Positions 25,346 to 37,257 of a DNA stretch of 64,000 bases are shown one piece after another. The notes under the pieces are model-generated. The model ran no database searches, was not told the origin of the DNA, and worked only from the letters and a program-made list of their open reading frames with translations. The stretch covers positions 1 through 64,000 of the forward strand of contig JAQGDQ010000091.1 of NCBI GenBank assembly GCA_030141605.1. Reading direction: 5' to 3'. Numbering within the stretch: the first letter of the stretch is position 1; each line of letters starts with the position of its first letter. A program made the position numbers and the translations under genes. This stretch comes from Tubiluchus corallicola. Taxonomy: Eukaryota > Animalia > Priapulida.

Positions 25346-25934
25346 CAACTATTATTAAAACTGATAAAAAGAAAATTCTAAAATAAGTAAAATATTTTGT
25401 TTCTTGTTTGCCTGCTTTTATTTACATGCTTATCAACTTTATGAACAAACTAATAGTAATGGTATAGAATAGTAATATCATGGGCATTAATAGCCCACGT
25501 GGTTTTTACAGAGTTGATAACTTTTTTTGCATTTTACATAACTTAAATTTTTTTCCGAGCCTCAATTGTTTTTTGTATATTCATTCCAATAACACAACAA
25601 GGTACAGTATAACACTATTATGGGAACATGGTTTATTGTGTACACACCGGTTATTTGTACATTATAGCAAACAAAATTGAATGAACTTTCGTCATTAATT
25701 TAACTACACGTAGTATAATAGCTTTGAACACAGAGTATTTTGGTTACTGCACATTGTGAACTTTTTGTCAGGTTTCATTGCCTGCATTACGATTTATTTG
25801 TAAATCTTTATTGCGTACTTTAGCTTTGTCAGCCATTTCTAATTTAATTTACAGCTAAATTTAGCCGGTTATTGTTATCCTGTTGCTGCAAAAAAGTTGT
25901 TGGGCATGCAGTAGTGCGGAATTGTTAGCACGTC

Positions 25935-28900
25935 ATGTCGAAAGGTCGTTTTGTCTACTCCCTGTACGAAAACAATGAGTCACACAAAGTAGTTGATACA
26001 TGAAAGCATCTTTTGAAAGTACTTTACATAATCTATGAAGCCACGCATTGTACATTATTTATACATTTTTATTATTAATACATGCTTGTCTATCTAGTAG
26101 TCATTTACATATAATTAACCACATATTCTTATAGAGTACCTCTGGTATAGAGTATTTTTTTGGCACCTAGTAAGTTTGCTATAATGATGTTATACTGTAG
26201 TTTAGCTACAACCAAGTAATTTTTTGTTTCAGAAATTCTGCAAGATGTACAGAATTTTGTAACTGGAGTAACTCAGTCTAAGGATATTGATCTAGAACAT
26301 GCTCAACTTGCAATTCGGCTATTGAAACGTCTGCCAACAGCAAGAGCAGCTGTTTTAGAATATTTATGCATGGTGTTTGATGAAGCAGTTAACAGATATG
26401 TAGTAAAATTGGAAGGAAAATGCAATAGTGAGGGAGTTGATACTGATCTGGAAGATGTAATAAAAGAAGCACATGATATATTAGCCGCATTTGTTGCCAC
26501 AAATCCAAGTGCATGGACTCCTATTATATCATCGTGGTCAATAGAATTGCTGGGCCAATTGTCTAGTAAATATGCTATGCGTAAAGGTGTTCCAGATGCG
26601 TCGAAGTTGGATGAGTTACTACAGTACTGGATGACATGTCCACCTACCAGAAATCTCATTGACACTGCAACACAATGCATTTCAGCAATGATGGCTGACA
26701 GTACTGATGTGTGCATTGCTGCACTGCTTGACACTTCTGCTAAACATACACCTAATTTTGATTGGGTTGTGGCACATATCGGTTCATGTTTTCCAATGAC
26801 CATGATTACTAAGGTGCTCCATTGTGGGCTGAAAGACTTTTGTGCCAATACTAACACAGCAGAATTTGGTGTTGCTGGAAAAATGCCGACAACTGCGTCT
26901 GTAGTTCGTATTTTAGGGCATCTGGTATCAAAACATGCACATGATATAAAAAAGGCACTGCTGTCGATGTTTCATGACAGTCTTGCTGACGATGTTATAG
27001 ATTTTAGATTGGCGACTGTTCCATACTTGCTTCATCTGGCTTCACTGTCTCCTATTTTGCTCAAAGTTATGGCTACAGATTTTATCCAAACACTATCACC
27101 TGAAATACTTAACAGTCTTGCAAGACAAATTAAAAGATGGCACTATTCTCCTGGTCATGATTTGGATAGTTTGCTAAGCCTGATCGTACATCTTACTACC
27201 ACAAATTATGATGGAGCAATGAATGTACTCCAGTTTCATCTTGATTCTGCTGTAAATAAATCTGTGGATCATGTTGTACGAACAGCATGCATTTTAATCA
27301 TGGATTCTCTAGTCGTTGATTTACAAAGAATGGTCTTCGCAAGGGATTCATTAAAAAAAGAAATTCCCTTTCTTTTATCTCTGCAGCAACATCAACTTCA
27401 GCTTTGCAAGTTGCTTCTTACTTTAGAAGATGTAAAAAGAATTACATGGTTATGCCGCATCTTGGCCTTCGTGGGCATATGTGCCGGTGAGCAGATGTCA
27501 TCAGATATTATGTGTCACATAATCTGCTTCAGCAGTCGCAACTCATCATTAAGTTTATTTCTAGACATAATCAAAGAAGTTGAGGCACAGATCCCTGGTC
27601 TTTTCTGTAATGTTATGAGAAAAGTAGTTGTCGTAGCGGCTTGTGAAAAAGAAAATACCGAACAAGTGTTGAGCAACATCCTAACATTGTTAAAATGGAC
27701 TAAAAAGAAAAACAGCAAAAAGTTAGCTCTCAGTCTCCAAGATCATGTTGCACCAATATCTTCACATCTTCTTTCGAAAAACTTACAAGCTGCGTCCATT
27801 GCAATTAAGTGCATGCATCTAGTAGGTGTTCCGCGATCGCTGCCGCTTGCATCATTAATGCAAATTTGTGAACGTGTTGCAACTTTCTTTTTCAATAGCC
27901 TCTCCCATGTTAAGGATTATGAGGAACGCCTGGAAATTGCAAAAACATGCAGGTCATACTGTTGTATACTTAGCGAGCTACCCGGTGGTCAGCAGATGCT
28001 GTTACGTTATTTTGTACAAGGTTGTTTGCTAAAAGAAAACAGCCAGGCCTTAGGAGGTAGAATTCCACCTCCTTCAGTGGAGGTGTCAAAAGTGGAGAAA
28101 TGTGGAGGAATGCTTCTAGTCAAAGAAAATGCTAAACATGGAATGGGAATCACTTTGCCACAATCTCATTCATCTGTTTTTCATGCTGGTGTTATTGGAA
28201 AGAGCATTCAGTCTCAGTCCCGACCGTCTCCTTACTCACAGAATGATATAACCACGAATCAACAATTATTCATGGACATGTTGTACTCATGTTCCCTATA
28301 CCATGTAGCTGATGAGTCAGATGTAATTGAATTGGACATATCCGGAGAGCTGGAAATGACAGCTGTGGCCACTCCTTCTGCGGATTCTCTGCAAGCCATA
28401 GCTAAGATATTAGTTGAATTGATACCACCAGACGTTCTTTACAATGGATCAGAATGGCCAGATGAATCATTCTTGCGATATACTTTTGAAAGAGACTTGG
28501 AAATTAGGAATAAGTTTTTTGATAACCCAGTGCTATGGGAATTGCTTGCATTTGTCGCCCAAGACAAAGCATCATTATGTTCTTGTTCTGTTCTCTTACG
28601 TTCTCTCATTGCAACATTGTTAAGTAGTTGGGAAAGCTCCAGGACCACGTCAGTGACAGAGTCACCTTGGCAACTCTTTGCTTCTTGTAGGGTACTCGAA
28701 ATCATGTATCAAGGTAAAATGTTACCACCTCCCTTATGTTTCATTGGTGAAATATTTCGGGAAATATTGCCTTATGAAGTGTTTCTGCTGCTTGGAGACG
28801 TATGGAGATATATGCAGGAAAACAGCTCTAAAACAGACTTGCATTCCAGCCTTGGTGAGAATTGTAATCTGAAATTCACAGAAACTCTCAGATCAGTGTT

Positions 28901-29069
28901 ACGTAAAAATATAGTTAAGCTAGCTCATCATTACCCACGATTTTTCAACATTGCAAATCCGCCGTCAGCTGATGTTAATGACTGTCCGGCAGACATAATC
29001 ATTCCAGGACTTGATCATTCGGAAGACAAGCAGAAACAACAAAATCAAGAGCAGTATGTGCTAACATAA
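25935..29069 (+). CDS. INTS5: Integrator complex subunit 5, ~948 aa, two coding exons
   Basis: Large exon 26233-29069 follows the acceptor ttttgtttcag and encodes LLKRLPTARAAVLEY..VFDE, AWTPIISSWSIELLGQLSSKY, FDWVVAHIGSCFP.T.I.KVL.CGLKDF, HSSVFHAGVIG, ERDL.IR..F...P.LWELL and LPPPL. The most likely first exon is 25935-25944 (ATG TCG AAA G|gt, phase 1, giving MSKEILQDVQNFVTG). Its donor (GTCGTT) is weak, so the start is less certain. Confidence 0.93.
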
Positions 29070-31052
29070 ATAAATATGTTAAATGGTGTGTATACCTATA
29101 GTACTTTGTCAGCATCAGTTCTATGGTTTGTAGCAACTAATGCAGAAAAAACTTGTAGAGGCTAAAAACATTTCAAGACTGGAAAGAAGTACATGATGTG
29201 AAGCCATATTCGGTCACGCACAGGTGTGTATGAAATTTCAGCATGGCCGTAAATTTATTATTATTCGCTTACATTTGTAATATCCATTTAAGTTGGTAAA
29301 AAAGCTGTTCACTTAGCTCTATTCTGAAGATAATTATACAACTAAAATTTTATTATGGAGGTGTGATTATAATGATTAAATTATAATAACCAATTGCAGT
29401 TATAACTGAACAAAATTGTTTTTAATGTGGTCTAGGAATAATTAACATTTGCTTTTTTTGCTATTACCGGCATTAACGATACTCGTCTATTTACAACAAG
29501 TAGGTTTTTTGTAAATGCCTTATTTATTTAAGTTTTGTAATTCTAAGCAAATGCTTTAGTTGTTTCAAATGGATCCCCCCCCCCCCCCAAAGAATCCTCA
29601 AATGACTGGTAAAATGTCATATGTAAGATTTATGGGATTACAATTTGTGTAATTGAAACCGCTGTCTAGAATTATTGCGGTTAAGAAATGTTCTCTTAGA
29701 ATTACAGGTGTGTAGAACTGATATCTCGCTGACATTTTATGCAGAATTGCGGCACAAGTTGCCGGTGTAAATTAGGAAAACTTACATTATTGTGAGAATG
29801 GTGGAGTAACTGCAATTTTAAGCTTTTTAGTCACCCGATAGGTGGAGCACTGACCATGCAGGTATTAGAGAGGTTATGTAGCAGCTGATTCTCGCAAGGC
29901 AGGCGATGACTCGACATACGGAAGAGCACGATGTGTATCGCCTTGTTCTGTAACTTTAAATAAAATAAGTGAAAATATTACGCTATTGGGCTTTGATTAC
30001 CCGCGTATTAGGCATCTCCCATCCAATATAAATGTTGATGCTAACATAAATTTTATATGGCGTCACGAATTTCAATATTTAACCTTTCGAATTATGTATT
30101 AACATTTTAGTTTTTATATCAATTTTTGGCATAGTTAATTGGTTATACGATAGGCCTGACGATGTCTGTTGAATGAGTATCCCCTACCTGTAGGGTTAAT
30201 AAAAACACTGTACACGTTAGCATTAGTTAAATTAATCCCGTTTATGATCGTTAGTCATTAAGCCCATGCAGGCCTCTGCACACTTCTTTTTCGGCGTACT
30301 GTACTACTCGATTCAAACAATACATAGTATTTCTTTACACTGTTGTGAATTTGTGATCAATTTATATACTTTTCTTGCTCACCGAACTTAAATAAAAATT
30401 TGTCGAGAATTACTGTGTTTGCTACTTGCCGTGTTTTTTTTTGTTGAAGTTGTATTATTATTACCGCAAATAGTAAAAGATTATTATTTTTTCGGTTTGC
30501 TTTAATTTACTTTTGAAAAGCGACGAGCTTGGCCATGTTTTAGGCTAGAAATAGTGACTTGTTTGGTCGCGCAACGCATTACATTTTAGCAGCAAGTAAT
30601 TATTTTCCAGTGTTTTGTATGAATTAGGGAAATTCCATTTGGAGATTGCAGCTCGAGTAACACAGAAAAAAGAAAATTTTTATGAATTCCTTCGACGTCC
30701 AATATTAATTTGAACTGCGGTATAATTACAATGGGAAACTGAGAGCGATAAATAACAAAAATGCCAAAATTACACAAAAATGTGTTGAAACAGCATGAAT
30801 TTGTTGGCGTTGGATTAATGTACTAATAATACATTAACGCTCGCAGGTAGAAATTAGTAAGCTATTTACAAATTTAAAGAAGTTTTCGGAAGCAACTATT
30901 ATTTACTATTTCTCAAACAGTATTCTTTGAATAAAGTGTTTTGGCAACTAATTATTAAACATTTCGCGCGGTTTTATTTGTAATCCATGAAGTATGAATA
31001 TGCATAACACATTGACGGCGGCATTCTGACAAAGAGTTCCTGGCCTACTGTG

Positions 31053-31069
31053 CACGTGATTGGCGCGTG
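31053..31069 (+). promoter_or_regulatory. E-box plus inverted CCAAT upstream of the distal first exon of the Rossmann-only gene
   Basis: CACGTG (31053-31058) is immediately followed by ATTGG and CGCGTG, ~190 bp upstream of ATG 31245. Confidence 0.5.
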
Positions 31070-31244
31070 ATCATTATAACGGATGTTGATAAGAAGATGG
31101 GTTCAGTAATCTGCCTGCCCTGGTCAGTTTAAACTTGAGTATTCAATTGTCCGAATAACCCTGAAAGAGGAGGTTAACGGTTAACGCGTATTTGGAGGTA
31201 TATTCTGTACTTTGGCCATTCAGTTAGTTTGTCAAGGACCCGAA

Positions 31245-34200
31245 ATGACAAAAAAGAGACCTAGCTGTGAGATGGAGAAAACAAGCGAGGGAGTAAATGG
31301 GGATAGCGATCCTAGGTATGGTTTTTTAAAGTTTTTCTTCATTGTTTGTAGTGGTACACTGTTGCGATAAAACGTGCTCCAACGTAAAGGGATGGACTGT
31401 AGGCCTATAATTTAGGCATTTGTTTGCGAACATTTGGGTACTCTTTTCAACAATATTAGTGTACCTGTTACTCGGCTCAAAGTTTTGATGCGTTGCTCGC
31501 TTTCTCAGTTATTCAGTGATTGTACTTTGTTAGGTATTCCCTAACTAAATAATGGTTAGCGGTAATGTAGCCGCCCAGACCAGAAACAGTGTGCGTATTA
31601 TTCTGTTATTTAGCTTACCATTATAACGTTCATTTCTGTATTAACAATTGAAGACGCCTTTGAGCATTGTAACTTTTGAGTTATGAAACATAATATTTAG
31701 AATTTATTTCTTCACAAACAAATTGTTTTATTTTATTTTATTTTTTTACTAATACTTTAATAAAGTTGCCGCACTTGGCCCCACAAGCTCTACCCACGCC
31801 GCTATTGTAGTCTGAGATTTTTTTCACTTGCCGAATTAAGCAATTTGCAATTTTTAAAACAATTGACAAAAGCTTATTCACCAATATTTTTTTACATAAA
31901 ATTTTTTTGTTCGTGTCTGTAAAATCGTAGTAATTCAACAAATGTCAACGCATTTTCAATTTGCAAGTAAAATTATAAAACTTGTTTGGGGTAATGCTAT
32001 TGCAATATTTATTATAACTGGATTTTATTTTTGACATTAAATGTTAATGTGTTGATTGAACTCACATTCCAATTTAGCCAGTATTTAGAACCGCCATAGT
32101 ATGTGGATATCAAACTCGCAAATTTTGATAACCGCATGTCTCTTGAGATCGTTGGATAATACTGGCTTTTCTGATAATACCGCCTGGAGCATCTGTAAGA
32201 GTTCACAAAGGATGAAATGCTGCTTGACCAGTTCCAGCTGTTACACAGGAACTGACCACAAACTGACAGCTGACCAATAAACCAAGGCCTGTAACCAGTA
32301 GTAAAACTCCCTGTTGCTGGGTAAGATTTCCCGGTGAACAAGACGGCAACAGCTGTTGAGTGTATACGGATTATTCGTTGTTGTTTTCTCTTAAGGTTAT
32401 GACGTCATTTGAATGAAAAATGGCTGTCAAGTGCAAATGAAGAAATTTTCGCGCACATGGAAGGCTGAGTTTGTTTACAGTATTTTTCAAAGGACCCAAA
32501 TAAAAAAAACATTCGGCAGAATTTTGTTACGTCAGTGTTCGTACTCCTAAAGGTCTTTCATATAATTATCTAGCTGTTGTGACAGCAATGTGGATTGTCC
32601 AGCTGATCCAGCAACTCCCTGCAGTGTAAACATATAGTCAAATACTGGTTTATAATAATGAGATTCAGCAATTATATTTTCACATGATGGGAAATCAATA
32701 CTTGATTCGGTTTATTGGATTATATGGCAATTCTAACAGATAAAACTTTAACCTCAACTGTAGCTTTAACACACAGACACATATGCTCACACATGTTTAC
32801 AAAAGGGTCTTAGCAAGAACGTGCTTCACCTAACAGCATAGCCAATGTCATAGTTGGGATAGTGGATACTTTCTGAGCATGAGTACTGTATTTTGGTGTT
32901 AGTGCTACATTTTAGTTTCTTGACTCGCAATTAATAATGTGAACGTTTTTCTTCTAATTTCTATATATTCATCTATAAAGTCATTTATAGTCATTTCACA
33001 AGTATGGGCGAAAATTAAGTAGTAGTTTGTGGACATATGTCATTTATACATGGCTGTACAGCCGCTGTATTTCTGATAAAGTTCTTTTAAATACTAATAT
33101 CAAATATGTCAAAGAAGATTTTGTCTTGAATCTGTTGACAAGTTGGCTGTAGTATTTATTGTTATGTGGCTTTAGCTTCACGCTACGCAACGGCATGCCT
33201 GCGTTTATCTTTTGTGCAATTTGGTTTAATACTGTAGCTTATCTAGGTTGAGTAGGTTCTCTAAGTTAAGGTTTCACACTGCACAAGGTTCAAAAGGTTT
33301 TTTGTATAAGGAACCTGTGATGATAGTGTACATGCCATTCCCAATGGATGGCTTTCCAAAAATAAACATCTCTGTTACTTGACTGAAACTTGTTGACGCG
33401 TTGCTTTAAACGAGCCCAAAACTGCCTCGCCTCGTCCCACTTATTTTCAGCTTCGTAGTTTTTTTCTGCTGTTGCCTTGTTCCTGAACTCTTTACGGTGT
33501 AAACAGAGCCCTGAAATTTTATCAACTGTGATATTAGTTTTTGCCTGCAGGGAAGCACAGGGTCATAGTGGCTGGTATAGGGATGACGAAGTTGAGAAGG
33601 AAAAGGCGTTTGTGAAATGCTACATAGCTTATAACGCGTTTGGCCCAGGAATTTAGTAGGCGCTCAATAACTTTGACAAGATTTCATTCATAAATCACTT
33701 TTCAGGAAAGTGTGGCACTTTGTACTTTAGAAGTAGGTGATCAGAACTGACGCAAGTGAAAAGGGTATGGAGATATAATCCGTAGCACTGAATTGGTTAC
33801 AGTTACATGAATTTTTACCTCCGTCGCATATGAGGCAAAATCTCTGTGTAACAACTTGTATGACTCGCATTTTTGTATGCGATATTCCAACTTTGCCACA
33901 CATGGAATTAAATTAGATGTGCTTTTATTTTATACACTAAATTGATGTACCATTGAGATTAATACCTTTTTTGAGCATCTGATGCCGGAGAGTGCAGGCT
34001 AGTGTCTGGCAATCAGATTTTAGAGTTATTCACATTTAAACCTCCGGAGAGCAATCCGAGGGTAGGCTTGCTATCCGAACATTTCTTCCCCATTATTATT
34101 TTAGCCTTACGGGGAGCACGTACCCGTTTTTCGACACACAAAATCTTTTCGCTGTTATGTTTTCAAACTGTGAGTCAGGTCCCTGAGCAGGATGAGACCA

Positions 34201-37200
34201 GGTGACAGAAGGGAGGAGTGATAGCGAACATGTGTAATGTTTGTCTCAGGTATGTTATGAATAACAAAACAGACTGATACTAGCAATTGTAAAATATCAT
34301 TTTTCCATTTTAATGTTGTAAAATTTTAAAACCTAATTGCCGTTTATGTTGTCTTAATCACTACCTTTCTACGTCATTCCCCTGTAACAACCTCCAATTA
34401 TAAGCGTCATTTCATCATCATGACCATCATAATTATTATTAATACTCACCACCATCTTCATAATTGACTGTTAATCGCATTTGTTGTTATTGTTGTCGTT
34501 ATAATCATCATCACCGTCGTCATCGTCATCACCACCAGTTAATATAATCATCGTTAATCACGGTTAATCTCTGTATAACTACTGACTATATAGCATTGTC
34601 GTCATCGTGATTAATACCACCTTTTTGTCTTGTGTAGACATTTGTCATGAGTTTTTGGTAGTCTATTTGTGAACTTGATTTTTAGTTTCTGTGATTTGGG
34701 CGACCTATTTGCAGCTTTCTTGATACGAAATATGAATCTTCTAAAATACAATACTACAAATAGGGTTTTGTAAACAAAGCACTACTCTGCGTTTATGTAT
34801 TTCGAATGTGTGTTTTTCCAAGCCTTATTGACTAGTGTCTAGAGTTCACGTACTCAAGTTATCCGCTCTTTTCTCTCGCTTGTGTTCAGAAGCGCAGAGA
34901 AACTGACTACCCAGAGTGGGAGGCCTGGATATTGTGTATATTGAACAGCAGCAGCTTTGGTTGGCTGAATCAGCTGTGTTGTTGCTAAGGCCAGTTAGCA
35001 TGCGGCAACTGCAATGAAATCACGTGCACAGATAGTGACAGCGATTCAGAAATGTAATCAACATAATGCTTCATATGTCATGCATGACACACGAGCTTAA
35101 AATAAAGACCTCTGATTTGAATAAGAATTTTTGAAGATTTAAGTAGTTTAACGTGCAGCCAAAAATAGTGTAACTTTTTAATGTTGCTTGCATGAAACCA
35201 GTTTTAACCTGGCGGTAAATAGTGTAAAATCATGTCTTGGGTGTTATCTGCGAACGTGACTAGGTGAGAAAATCAGATTCCTGCTTAGTGACTTGTACTC
35301 CAACCACTGAGGGTCAAAAATTCAAAAGTCAATTGACTGATTAGTAAATCAATAAAAAGAGTATGAGCGATCCTTCTTTGTCTAGTACACTACTGCTTTA
35401 CGGTAGTAACTTTTCGGGTAGCTTTGTGATTAGCTCGATAAAGTATTAAATAAACGCGAGGAAAGGGGTTTCGGATAAAAACATTTGATAAGTTCTCTAT
35501 GTAATCGGTATCATTGGTAGCCATGTAGACAGTGTATGGTAAACATGGCACAGGAAAAAAAGGGCACAAATAGGAAAAATGGCACACTTATAAAATGCGA
35601 ATTCAGGGTTAGGGTTACTGTGGGGATAATTATTTTAATTATTTTTACCTCCGCCAAGGAGTTTATGCTCCAACGCTGTGTTTTTCCTTTGTGCAGAAGT
35701 AAACTTATTACGCAAAAACCATTTGACAGACTTCCACGAAACTTTGTGGAAAAGGTGGATAGGGGCCAGAAAGATGCATTTTGAAGACAATCACTGTGTT
35801 CGTACTTTATTTATTATAAATCTGTTTAACAAACAAAATATTTTGCGAATCTTTTGTTAGTCTATATAATACTTATTCAGGTATTTATTGTATGTTTTCT
35901 TCTTTATCTTTGTTTTACGTTTTTTTATATCAAGCGAGTCCGAAAAACGTGTTTAGGATTTTTTGACCTTCATGGAGGTCTGCTTCCTATTGAGCTATTC
36001 TGGTTCTACTATACATTTTATTTGCATCAAAATAGCATATGTGCTACTTCATTTTTTCCTATTTGTGTCACTTTTACCTATATTCCATGCAGACACATCG
36101 ACAGATTCCTGTAGCTATGTCTACCTGCTGTCAGTGCTTTACCTAATTCATTATTAAATCAACTTCTGCTTTTCATTTACCTGTTTTGATGGTGAAGCCA
36201 CAAATAGAAATATTCAACTTGTTGCTCTCAGGCTGAGACATATTCGTTTGTTAAATACATTTGTTTACTTTACCCAGGTAAATTCATGCACTTCACACGC
36301 AATTTTTATATGGGCCTATTTAATGTGTGGTAATTAGTAACATGAAATTTTAACGTGAGTACAGCAACTATGGTTTGTTAACGCCACTGAACTTCTGAGC
36401 AGAGGATACATTGTGCAAATTAATTTTCGTTTATAGACTTTTCATTTTATTGTAAATATATTTATTGTTTATCGTTTTCCGATGATTCTCCCCTAAACAT
36501 ACATTTCAAATGAACTATATACCTTGGTTTGGTATCCAATGTTTATGATTCTTTTGACTTCGTGTTTATTGCGTTTCTGAGTTTTAGGCTTGTCATTCGC
36601 GTGAGCTTGTAGAAACAGTAGCCGAACACGTTCTGTTCACGTGGATAACTTTGCAGGGATTCTTTTGCTGAATTCTTTCACAATTTGCTCCGAGGAAAAG
36701 GAAACGCAGTTCTAAATGTGCTAGTTTAAAATAAATTTAAGGTTCCGTTCACATTATATCTAGTGCCGTTCGTTAGTCTTGTCACAGCTGTTGAAATCAT
36801 AATATTCATGTCTTAAGAACACAAAGTTTTATTGTTGACAATGAAAATTAGTTTTTGTATCATAGGTCATTCTCGTTTATTGCATTGAAAAAATTACGAC
36901 TAAGTAGGCTTAAATAAATAATACAATGAATTTAAACAGATTAGAATAAGAAATTTATTAATTGTACGCTATTTAAATGCTTGCCTGATAGTTTTAGTAC
37001 AAAAAACTGGAGTTAATGAGAGATGAATAATAGGTTTAGTGAACGAAAGGAGAAAAAAATGTTCAGGTTCATTGTAACTCGTGCTTTTAATTTTTATAAC
37101 TATTGCACTTTGATTCCAGCTTAAGTGAGACTTGGTGCAATTGGTCCATCAAGCAAAAAATTTCCACAAAGCATGTTTCAATGATCGTGGTTTTTGTTTG

Positions 37201-37223
37201 TTTGTTGTTGTAATTGTTGTTGT

Positions 37224-37257
<34 letters not shown>

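Noticed and set aside
26303-26857. 184-aa antisense ORF
   Set aside because: Shadow frame of the INTS5 exon with no recognisable motif.
32012-32341. 109-aa minus-strand ORF nested in the long intron
   Set aside because: Non-ATG start and no domain similarity. The region looks regulatory (CCAAT, CRE nearby).
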